A stretch of 37,668 nucleotides of DNA from Ancylonema sp. (lineage: Eukaryota), in NCBI GenBank assembly GCA_050230475.1, contig JBFLGF010000036.1:62001-99668 (forward strand), written 5' to 3'. A program made the translations under genes and the position numbers. Shown piece after piece: positions 24,292 to 35,603 of this stretch; within the stretch, counting starts at the first letter, position 1; each line of letters begins with the position of its first letter. Under the pieces are notes generated by a model. That model did not search any database. It was given only the letters and a program-made list of their open reading frames with translations, and had not been told where the DNA came from.

Positions 24292-27200
24292 ATGGGAAAT
24301 GTTGGTATTTTGGTCGGCCTTCTGTTACCCCTTTGCGCCATTTTCATACCTTCCACTTCTGCTCTCAGGCTGACTTTCCCTCCAGCAAGAGACTGGAACG
24401 ATTTCATCGATAACCAGAATTCGGAGGCTCCCTGTGGTGTTCACCATTCAGCGACAAGTCCAACTACCGTTCTATCGGCCGGAAACTCGTTAAATGTGAC
24501 ATGGAGCTCGAGTTACGCGAGTGAAGGAAGCTTCCGAGTGGAGCTATTGCGACCTGTCAGGTAAAAATCACCGATGTCCCGATGCATATTCTGATCCCGC
24601 CTTATATACGTCATGACGAAGCTTACCAGTCGTCGATGCGACTAAGAAGGGCTATTCTGAAACCGGCTACACTGATATAGTATCGTCGATAAACGTCACG
24701 GCTGTGACGCTCAATCCTATTCGAGACAATCGTATTTTAAAAATGGGGGATAAACTAGACGAGGGTACATGGCTGACCAGATTTGAAATGCTTCGACTCT
24801 ATAGATTTTCCAAAAAGTGAGTTCCAAGAATTCGTTTTTGTAGCGTCGGAAGTTTTGATATCTTACCTGGTATCTTCCTAGAATGCCCTGATCCGATCTG
24901 TGTCCAATAAATGGTACCCTTAGGAGTTGATCCTCACGAATAATACGTGTATCGTACCACTGATATGGATGTTGTGGTCCTGACGGCAATGACTTTTCAG
25001 GGAAAGAAGATACAAATTATCTCAGAGAACGGATCACCTTCTGATATCCTTGTCTCTTAATGTTTATTATCCGAGAAAACATTGATGAAAAACCATAGTC
25101 ATACTTTCGCATAAAGACTTTATGGTACTGTTCATCGACATTGACGTCATGAATAAACGCGTCATGTTGCATAAAAAGTAAATTGTCTATAATACTCCAT
25201 ACCTGCATCATCGTAAATATGAGTGCGTGAATCTATGAAGTACACCGACGAAATATCATGTCGGCACTGTTCCCCTCCGCTGTGTGCAGAAGCGGCGATG
25301 GTGCGCGTGATCGAATCGCGGAATCCACACTCTTCGACATTCGTGCGAGCAACGGCAGCCTCGTCTCTCAGTGTTGAGTACGTAATGCTAGATGTGACAC
25401 GTATTTGTCCAGCTCAGTCACCGAGACCTTATATAGACATTAGATAGAGAAATATACCAATGTACCGAACTTGAACTACAATTGCCTAATACTGTCTCCC
25501 TACTGGTCGACAGCCTAGTGATCTTATAAGCTCAGTATACGAACACTTTATTGACACGTAGCTTTGCTAGCTGAGTACTAATTCTCTACCATCGACAACT
25601 TAGATCCGTTCCCCCTACCTGATTCAAACTAGTTCAGCAGTTTACTACTTACTCCCTGTAAACTTGCACATGATGATAATCAATTATTTTCCGTGAACGA
25701 TTCTCGTGTCTATGTCTTTACTGAAATCGACACATTGAATAGCCCTCTACTCATTCCACAAAATGAGTAATGAACATGGTATCAGAGCTGTCCCATCTGA
25801 AGGGACACGATTCAAATCGACGACGACGACCTACGCGCTTAAAGCTCAAAGCCGACAATTATACGGCATGGTCTTGCCGCATGAAGGCTGTGTTTATTGT
25901 CAATAATGTATGGGTGATGGTTCACGTACTCGACCTCCACCTCCGCCAGTACCTCGACTGGCGACATCGTCAGCGGGTGGAAATGAAGACCTCGTCAAGG
26001 AGGCTAACAAGCAAATCGCTGAGTTCCAAGGTGCAGCAAACAGGGCAGTGTGCTTCTTAGCAAAATCCATATCAGATCCAATCCTTCTATCCGTCACATA
26101 CATCCTGGCAGATCTTGCAGCCACATGGGAAAAATTGCACCAGAAATTTGCTCGCAAATCAGAGCTGGAGCATGAGGCCGCTCAGAAGGCGTTCTTGTCT
26201 TTTCAGCATCAAGAAACTGAATCTGCAGAGGAAACAATCACGAGGTTCGAGGCTGTCGTCGACCGAGCTCTTCAACAGAATGTCGCTATGTCTACCTAGC
26301 AAATCGAGCGAGCTTTGCTATCGGAGCCGAACGACAGATATGCAGCACTCAAGAGCAACTACCAATACTCTCGGGTCAAGCCAGACATCGACGAGCTTTG
26401 CGAATCTATGCGTGACGAGGATCTCCTTTACAAGAAGAAGCACAACTCCCCTGCACACGGAGCTGCAGCCTTTGAAGATGCTGTCAAAATCGAGGTAGCA
26501 CACCAAGCAGAACTACTATGGGCCCAAAGAAAGGAGGCAAAATCTGCAAAACCATCGGGCAGCAGACCGGCGGCGTCTCACACCACATGCTACTGCTGTG
26601 GAGATCGAGGTCACTATGCCAGAGACTGCCGACATGCCAGCACCACATGCATATTTTGCCACAAGACAGGCCACCTTGAGAAAATGTGCCAGAAGAAGAA
26701 GCGCACCAATTCAGAGGGAGAAGCTTCTTTTTTTCATGGTGGCAGATCGACATCAGTGGGACTTTTCAGGCTCTGATTCTCATCACGGCTCGCGACAACA
26801 ACGACAACAAACCAAGGAGAAGCCATGACCGGTGAAGGCGTCTTATCGACATTTCATCATCAGACCTTGCAGCAGAACACTTGACTACATCTCCTACTAC
26901 CTGGCTGTGCGACACCGGTGCAAGCCACCACATCTGCCATCGCCGAGAGTTCTTTACTGAGTGCAGCCTATCTCAGGAACATTCAGAATCAAGGGGAAGG
27001 GACTATCGATGTCACGCACCATGGCACGGTTATGCTTCAAGTGGACTCGGCAACAGGGAAGAGAGAACTCAAGCTTTCAAATGTTCTTTTTATTGAATCG
27101 ATGCAGTTCAACATCCTGTCTCTCTAGAAAGTCCTTGCAACTGGCTACATCTACACTTTCAACTTGATCCCGGGGAAAGCTGTCGTCCAGAAGCAACTAC

Positions 27201-30200
27201 CTACAGGAGCCATGGAACATGTGGCCCTATTCTCGAAGTCCAAGGAAGGCCGCCCAACTCTCGACTGCGCCATCACTACCTTGCTCCCTGTTCTACCGTC
27301 GACAGGCCAGACAAAAGTGTTTGTCAACAAACTGTCTATGGAACTTCTCCATCGACGCCTTGGCCACACTGGAGAAGCTGCGCTCCATCGCCTCCTGCGC
27401 AAAGACATGGCCACAAGATTCAGCACCATAAAAGGGAAAGTCAGTCCCTGCGGCTCATGCCAGCTTGGGAAACTCACTCGTCATCGCCCAGCAGTTCGGT
27501 TCAAGCTACAGGCGCAGTCCCGCTGCAAGTGCTGTGCCCCAACGGCAGACGCAGCCCCAGCCACAACTCGAGGCGCAGCCCCAGCTGCAAGTGCTGTACC
27601 ACCTGCAGACACAACCCCAGCCACAACTCGAGGCGCAGCCCCAAGCTGCAAGTGCTGCATCGGCTGCAGGAGCAGCCCCAGCTGCGAGTGCTGCATCGGC
27701 TGCAGGGCGCAGCCCCAGCCCCAACTACAGGCGCAGTCCCAGCTGCAGGTGCTGCCCCAGCAGGAAGCGGTGTCCCACCTGCAGACGCAGCTCCAGCCAC
27801 AGTTGCAAGTGCGGCCCCAGCTCCACGTGCTGCACCAATTGCAGATGCAGCCCCAGCCACAGCTGCAAGTGCTGCCCCAACTGCAGGAGCAGCCCCAGCT
27901 ACAAGTGCTGCCCCAACTGGAAGCGCTGTACCACCTGCAGACGCAGCCCCAGCCACAACTCGAGGCGCAGCCCCAGCTGCAAGTGCTGCATCGGCTGCAG
28001 GCGCAGCCCCAGCCCCAACTGCAGGAGCAGCCCCAGCTGCAAGTGCTGCAGCGGCTGCAGGCGCAGCCCCAGCCCCAACTACAGCCCCAGCCCCAGCTGC
28101 AGGTGCTGTCCCAGCTGGAAGCGTTGTCCCAGCTGCACACGCAGCCCCAGCCCCAGCCCCAGCTGCAGGTGCTGTCCCAGCTAGAAGCGTTGTCCCAGCT
28201 GCACACGCAACCCCAGCCCCAGTTGCAGGTGCTGCCCCAGCTGGAAGCCTTGTCCCAGCTGCACACGCAGCCCCAACTGCAAGTGCAGCCCCAGCTCCAC
28301 GTGCTGCACCAGCTGCAAGCGCAGCCCCAGCCAGAAGCGCTATCCCACCTGCCGACGCAGCCCCAGCTCCACGTGCTGCACCTACTGCAGGCGCAGCCCC
28401 AGCCCCAACTGCAGCCCCTGGCCCACCTGCAAACGCAGCTGTGGCCGTGCCGTGCCGTGCTGTATTCGTTTTTGTTAGAGATGGAGAGTCGCCGCTTACC
28501 TGGAGCGGACATCCACCTTCTGCAAGGGAAGAACCTGGGAGAGGTGCCGCAGCGATTCCCTGTGGACCCCCGATCTGCCAGCACTTCGCTTCTCCCTGAC
28601 TGCAAGCTCAGCAGCTTGGATTCCCCCGAAACTGCAGCAGACAAGCCGGCAATGGCTGCGATACCCTACAGGAGTGCTATTGGGTCTTTGATGTACCTCG
28701 CGACCTGTACTCGTCCTGACGACATTGCTGCAGCAGTTTCCACTCTCAGCCGCTACAATGCCAATCCCGGGATGGCTCACTGGGAGGGGGTGCAGCATGT
28801 CCTCCGCTACCTCAAGGGGACGAGTGAGGAGGGCATATGCTACAGGAGGGGAGAGCCAACTACCCTGTGGGGGTACTGCGATGCCAGTCACCTTACCTGC
28901 CCCGACACAGGTCGCTCGAGAGGCGGGTACGTGTTCCTGTCTGCTGGAGGGGCCATCAGCTCAGTCGAAGCTTCTCGCAAACTCCAGCCTTTCCTCCTGC
29001 GAAAGCGAGTACATGCAGTTTTCAACTGCTGCGACGGAGGCCAGCTTTCTGCGCCAACTTCAAATGCGCAGATGGTGGGTGGTGAGCCTGACCCTTACCC
29101 AGTGCGGATCCATGCCGACAATCAGCCAGCGTTGGATATCCTGCACAACCCCCGGTCTACCATTGCCGCACGAAGCAGATGATCTTGGCGAAGTACCACT
29201 TTGTGCGCGACAGGGTGTTGAAGGAGAAGGAGGAGTGCTGGTTCTTCGAGAAAATCTCAGCAGCTCAGATGGGAGCTGACATGCTGACCAAACACGCAAG
29301 TGTCGTCGGGGTTATCTGTTATGAAGTTGATTGGTATGATGTGAGTTTTCGGTATTCGCGAATAAGTTTGGTTTAGTTTGTTTTTCAATTAAGTTGGTTC
29401 CCCAAAACAAAAAAAACAAAAAAAACAAAAAACAAAAAACAAAAAAAATCCCGCTGGTTTTTGCCACATTTAGCATTAGGGAGGTGTGTTGAGTACGTAA
29501 TGCTAGATGTGACACGTATTTGTCCAGCTCAGTCACCGAGACCTTATATAGACATTAGATAGAGAAATATACCAATGTACCGAACTTGAACTACAATTGC
29601 CTAATACTGTCTCCCTACTGGTCGACAGCCTAGTGATCTTATAAGCTCAGTATACGAACACTTTATTGACACGTAGCTTTGCTAGCTGAGTACTAATTCT
29701 CTACCATCGACAACTTAGATCCGTTCCCCCTACCTGATTCAAACTAGTTCAGCAGTTTACTTACTCCCTGTAAACTTGCACATGATAATCAATTATTCTC
29801 CGTGAACGATTCTCGTGTCTATGTCTTTACTGTAATCGACACATTGAATAGCTGCTCATTCCGCAAAATGAGTATTGAACATGGTCTCAGTACCACGTGG
29901 CATTGTTGACCAACGAGACGGTTCAATCGGGGGGAACATTCTCTAACTCTACGGTGCAATGGGCGATGGTCGATCTGCCTGACGAAGGCTGCTATGGTTG
30001 CACCATTCGAATGCTCCGCCAGGTTCGTTGTACGGCGCGCACTTGTACGGTATCAAACCTTACGTATTTATCGACTACAGTTGATATTTGAAGTAAATTC
30101 TGGCGATTTCTTCTTCCTCAGCGGACATGACATACTGAAAACGGTAACATCAGGAATACATCATGTCGCACTTATGCGACGCAAAATCACATCATTTGCT

Positions 30201-33200
30201 TGGAGTGCTGCTGCAGTTAGGATGACAGGTGGTCGATGTCCGTTTTTATCACTAATGTGACGTGTACGAATCATAACACGTGGGTGAATACGCCAGAAAG
30301 ATGTAATTTTTTTATTCCACCTTCCCGTTATCAATCTTAGGAGCAGGCATTTGATTTCCAACAAGGGAATGATTACCTTTTGTGGAGTTGCGCGGATGTC
30401 AATATCGCGACTGTCGGAGTCAATCAATGCCACGGCTGTAATAATGACGAGGCCTCTTGTGGGAAAAACAAGATGAACGACCTCTACGAATGCAAGTGTG
30501 ACATCTCGGTGAGAGCAGGCTGGGCAATTTCCAAACTTTAATACGTGATTGTTCTCAATGTGTGTGTAATGCCAAAAATAAGTGTCGTAGCTATGAGTTC
30601 TTCGACTAGATCGCATGTGATCTGATTCTTGTTGTGTTTCGGGACATCTGAGTTTCTAATTCCGTTTTTCCATAGGTTCATTAACTAGTATCGTTTGTGA
30701 GTACTTTACAAGCTCATTGTGAAGCTGAATGTAAGGTACCTTTGATTCAAAATCGACCAATCGACACCAAAAATCAAATTCAGATTGTACACCCTTGTCC
30801 ATTCATACCTTTGTGGAGTGAATGAAAACGATTTGATCGAAGCGTCTGAAATATCTAACGTTGTCATGAAAAAAGTTGTTTCTAATAACAAATGCGTAGG
30901 AGTCCCTCTTCAACAAGTTTGTTATGGAAACCCAAAAACGTCTGTAAATAAATTAGAAATAAAACAAAATGTTGTGACCGCGCAAGCAATGACCAGAACC
31001 AGCTTGAGATTTTGGTGAAATGGACGTACCTCCAGTGAGTGAGTGGAAAAAAATATGGTATGAGTGCGATGATATTGTCACAGAACGGTCGGTATCCTTG
31101 TCGTTTGCAGCTTCCGTATAGTGGCACATATTGCGAGCGTGAGGATGAATGCGTGGTGGATCTGGATTGCGGTCCTTCAAACGCCAAATGCATCGATATT
31201 CACTCCACTAACTCACCGTCAAGGTAACCCGAACGTCTTCTTACTTCGTCGAAGACGCATCCATGTCTCAAGTCAACGTTTCCGTTTGTAGCGTTGTTAG
31301 GGTTTATTCATTCGTTATAGCATGACAAGCATCCCTTATTGGATGATTGCTAGGACTGGTTCGCATAATTTTATCCAAATGTAGATCCAATCCCTTACAC
31401 ATGACTCGTTATTCTTCAGGCAATGCTTTTGTATGTCCGGTTGGAGTGGGGAGGGATGCCAAGTCAGCTCCGACCTCGATCTGCCCGATAAAGTGGACCT
31501 CGCAACGTGGCACACCAAATACCAACAGAACTACACGTCCCCGTCCGCCGATTTCAATATGTTTTGGAAAGTCGTGGAAGCCTCCGTCGGTGCATCGGTG
31601 GAAAAACGGCAGGTCAGCCGTGCTAAACACGCAAGCTTACCAAAGATTTTATGAACGCATCACCCGTCATGTCAGACCCTCAAAAATTTATCACACTTTG
31701 TTCCTGTCGACGGAATTAGTCCACGCAGATCGAGGTCGCGCTTGCCGCCAAAACTGGGTCCTACGTGGCTGTCGGCTGGCGCCCTTCTGACATTCGCTAC
31801 CAACCACTCTCGAATTCCCAACCTTCAAGTGAAACCCCATTTAGTGCGCTCCCCATCCCTTCTCCATCCGCCCCCCAAGCGGCTGCTCCTTCAGCCGGTA
31901 AGTCCAGTTGTTGAGGCACGACTGTGAACACCCCCTCCACCTCATCATCACCCGGCATTGTTCACATTGTGTGCAGCTCAAGCTCCCGCTCGCCGGCATC
32001 TTCTCCAAAACGATTTCCTTGTGGGACCCACTCAATCCCCCGTCCCCGCTGACGGCACCCCCGATTGGTCTTCACTGTCGGGAGATTTGCCACCAACATC
32101 TCCCACACTACCTTCAATGCCACCATTCGTTTCCCCCTCTCAACTCAGTCCAAGTACTCTACAACTTTCACCTCCTGTTGCATTATCCCCGGACCCAAAT
32201 GACCCCTCACCTCTCCTCCCCACCACCCTCTCATCCTCTCACGGACCCACCCCACAACAACCTCTCCCTCCAATTCTTGAAGCCTCTCCCCCATCACTCC
32301 CACAAATTGGCTATCGCGGAGACACGAATTCCCCCGCCCAAGGGCCTATCCCACTATCTCCCCCCGAGGTAGAGGTTCAAGCCACTCTTTTGAGTGTGGC
32401 GAGGATGTCGGCGAGTTGGGCGCAAGACATGACGATCGGGACGGCCAGGGGCAACTTCTACCGGGTGAAGGATGCGTGGAGTTTGGCGGGATCGTACTCG
32501 ACCCCCGTTTTGGACACTTTGTTGGGTGGCGTTGACGACATTACAGACGCCAACGGGCATGAAGAGCCCAACGGATGGAGTTACTTTGTGTTTAGGCGAC
32601 CGTTGGTCCCTTCTGACGAAGAATTTGATCATCCGTTGACCAAGGGACGAGCCTCTACTGTGGTGTGGGCCAAGGGGCAAACTGGGAATGATGAGGGGTT
32701 GGAGACAACTATTGATCGTCGGAGTGGGGATACAACATCCGCCGGGGAACTGAAGCTCGAGGAGCGGAAGTTTTATGGGTAATGGGATCGAAGCATGGAC
32801 GCATCCTAATAGCAATCAAAGTTTTGACAATCCTAAATACGTATAACATCGATACTTATTATTTCGTCGGCAAGATGGGATATCGAGAGAAATCTCAATT
32901 TCCGAAAGTATCCATTGCAGAGCCGACGAGATCGTGTATCACGGCCGAAGCAATGCTGGCGTCATTGAAGACCTCGACCTCGTGGCCACCACAACTTCCC
33001 TTCCATCCCTGTCTCACTACAAGTTCCACCAAAACATCCCCGGCACCAAGTGAGTGGAGAAGGGGGTACCGTACCGTATCGATGAGCGTGGTTGTGCATG
33101 TTTGGTTTCTAATCCCATTGTGTTTTGTCGCAACTTTCTAGGATTGCGCTTTTTTGGAATATCAGCCTTACATCCGTAGATTTGGCCATCGTGGGCTCCA

Positions 33201-35603
33201 CCCAAGGTTGGGTATCAATCGGTTTCTCGGACTCGCGCGAGTCACCTTTGGGGAGCGCGAGAGATGCCTTGGTGGTGGTTGGTAGTCCAGATGCGAAAAA
33301 TCCAACGACCAACGGGAGCGTGAAGGTGTACAAAATTTTGAACACCACTTCGGCTGGGATGGTGCCAGTGCCGGATGTGTCGAATCCCGTGACGGATGCG
33401 GTGGTGGCTCTTTTGAATGGGTCAACCGTGCTGAGGTAACCCCCTCTATTCACCATGATTCAACATGTCGGTTGGGTACAAAATCAAAAAAAGGTGCAAA
33501 AAATCCAAAACCCAAATATGAAACCCAACAAATTTGTGTAATGTAATGCTCTATTTCGCTCGTCGGGATTTTGTTATCATATCACACTCCCATCGGAACA
33601 TGGCTCGACCCCTGCCCATGACGATCGATTATTATGCGCACCGTACCGATTGCTGGCATTGTACAACATTATATCATTCTTTGCCGTTTTTTTAATGTTT
33701 CGCAGGTTTGTGGCCGACTTGACATCGGTCGGCGGTGCAAACTTCATGATCGCGAATTCGAGTCGACAAGCGTATCTAGTGTGGGCGGACTCACCGGACA
33801 ATTTAACCAAGTTGCAAAATCACTTTTTGGCACACAGGTGAGGAGAACGTGATTGGCGAGACGCGTGCACGTGCACCACATTGATTGATGCAACTCGTTT
33901 ACCAGGAATGAAACAATGAGGAGAATACGATGTTGATGTCACGCGTTTAATCACTAACAAGTAAAACCCATCGTTGACAGTTTATATTTTATCATTTCAA
34001 ATTCTTTGACTTGCAGAGGTGCGATATCGATCAATTTCGACACCGGTGATATCAAAGTTCTCATTTCGGACCCTACCCATTGGTATCAGCTCCATGGATT
34101 CTTCATGTGGGCATCTTTTGGGGTGATTGTCCCCCTTTCATTCATCTCTGGAAGGTATTTCACATCCAACCACCAACAAACATACATTCATTTTGGCATT
34201 CTCGAGTGAATCTTCACACGCTTTGATTCATAAGTATTCGTAGTGGCGTAAGCATTGCATTGTATTCACATAGAGCACCAAACCTTCTGAAAGGGCCCAA
34301 AACGATTGGCTGATTAGCACACATCTGGCAATTTTTGCAGACTCGCGGTGGTGACGGCCCCTCATATTCAATACCTCCATCACACCACGCACTTCCTCTC
34401 TACTGTCATCTCTTTCGCTCTCACCATCGCCGCCACTATCATCGCATTTGACAATTTTGTTGGAGGTCCTTGGCAACCCCTCCACCGTTCCCACGGCCTC
34501 GTCGGTTTTGTGACCCTCGGTATTATGTTTATAGGGGCGGTGAATGGGGCGATGTGTCGTCCGGTTAATCAGGGGTCTTGGGAAAGGCGCATCTGGGCGC
34601 GCACCCATTGGGTGTTGGAAGTGGGTCTAGTGGCATGCGCCACGGTTGCTGCCATCATGGGCATCCAAAGATATCATGAAATGACCGGGGAGGCCGTTAT
34701 CGTAAGTTTGGACACGCTCATACATACGTGTGAAACCTACATATATCGAGTATCGATCGTTAGATTGTGGTATTGGGTTTAAAACCTAAACATATGCGAG
34801 AAGTGCGGTGCATAGAGTACATATTTTTGTGCCAAGAAGGGTTGAGCTCAATACATATATGCTCATCACCACTACCACTTCTTTTACCGTAAAATTCAAA
34901 ATAACCGTTTCGTACCTGACCTCCTTTTTTGCCTTATCCTTTGCATGTTGCCCTGGATCCACTTTGACCCCTGGTGGTGCACCTTGGTGTGTTGTTTTAG
35001 GTACTGTGGGTCGTCTATGGAGGATGCCTTTCCATTCCTCTTCTTGTTTGGTTTGTGCTTCAATTTTTTAAGTCACATGAGAAAATGCACGGTCGGCTTG
35101 CAAGCAATTCTCATGACGATGTGGCAACATCCAAAAGTCGCATTGTGGCACTTGGAAGCTGGCCCCCTGAGAATATGAATTGGCCCACACAATTGGCAGT
35201 TGGAGGCCCAAGATCAACTTCTCGTGAGTTTTATCCTTCCCTTTTCCTACATTTTTTGGTCGATACTCACACGCGTGGTTTGCAATAATGCATATTGCTA
35301 CTTCTCGGCCAACAAAGGACATGGTCTATGGGCTATGCTCGTCTATGGTTGCACAAGTTATCAACAAAAGCTTCTCGATTTTTGGCGTACACCAATTTTA
35401 GAAGCATACGGCACACAATGAACAGATTTCGAATTAAAATCGTCGTTTCGTCCCCCCCCCGCTATGTGTATGCGTGCTGCACAGTGTCAAATTCGAGCAC
35501 TCCTCTCCACCGCCAAGGAATCGACAATGATGGCCATACCACCTTCGTGAATAAAGACAACTCCTCGAGCGAATCGGATGCACCTATCCTCCCCAGCTCC
35601 TAG
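24292..35603 (+). CDS. Multi-domain membrane redox protein: signal peptide, Nahoda/LPMO-like domain, EGF-like repeats, 2 DOMON, cytochrome b561; exon 2 disrupted by Copia, so probably a null allele
   Basis: Approximate exons 24292-24560, 25290-25371 joined to 29891-30022, 30347-30508, 31111-31223, 31400-31612, 31729-31897, 31977-32778, 32921-33049, 33142-33435, 33707-33837, 34017-34153, 34341-34701, 35001-35223, 35486-35603. Motifs LTFPPAR..PCG, CTIRMLRQ, WSCADVNI, CEREDEC..QCFCMSGWSGEGC, YVAVGWRP, FRRPL, DEIVYHG, GWVSIGFS, LHGFFMWASFG, RSHGLVG, RTHWVL. Confidence 0.8.
25372..25776 (+). repeat. 5' LTR (405 bp)
   Basis: Direct repeat of 29487-29881. Confidence 0.95.
25777..25788 (+). promoter_or_regulatory. 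Primer-binding site, tRNA-iMet
   Basis: TGGTATCAGAGC directly after the LTR CA. Confidence 0.92.
25830..27500 (+). pseudogene. Degenerate Copia gag, protease and integrase N-terminus
   Basis: Knuckles CYCCGDRGHYARDC and CIFCHKTGHLEKMC, protease WLCDTGASHHIC, HHCC LLHRRLGH...CGSCQLGK. Stops at 26297 and 27125, plus frameshifts. Confidence 0.9.
27503..28445 (+). repeat. Degenerate ~18-nt tandem repeat encoding Ala/Pro-rich hexapeptides, inside the Copia element
   Basis: Units such as GCAGCCCCAGCTGCAAGT and GCTGCCCCAGCTGGAAGC, reading AAPAAS, AAPAGS, AAPAPT, AVPPAD. Confidence 0.9.
28480..29340 (+). pseudogene. Copia RT C-terminus and RNase H, degenerate
   Basis: PYRSAIGSLMYLATCTRPD, HWEGVQHVLRYLKGT, GYCDAS, SSCESEY, YHFVRD, ADMLTK, with frameshifts. 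Confidence 0.92.
29487..29881 (+). repeat. 3' LTR (395 bp)
   Basis: Direct repeat of 25372-25776, preceded by a PPT. Confidence 0.95.

Larger units (their letters stand above)
25372..29885 (+). mobile_element. Ty1/Copia LTR retrotransposon, non-autonomous
   Basis: LTRs 25372-25776 and 29487-29881 (TG...CA), PBS TGGTATCAGAGC, PPT AGGGAGGTG 29478-29486, target-site duplication CTCAG at 25367-25371 and 29886-29890. Confidence 0.95.

Noticed and set aside
27164..29182. 672-aa Gln/Pro/Leu-rich ORF as a novel protein
   Set aside because: It is a stop-free read through Copia fragments and the repeat. Codon variation favours the Ala/Pro frame. The Cys/Trp-rich antisense ORF is a shadow of the same repeat.
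29403..29448. A-rich tract as a LINE/SINE tail
   Set aside because: It lies in the Copia 3' UTR before the PPT, with no TSD or element body.
25371..29890. Clean splicing-out of the Copia using the duplicated CAG as acceptor
   Set aside because: The GT at 25371 gives a frameshift, and donors inside the LTR include the TGA at 25375.
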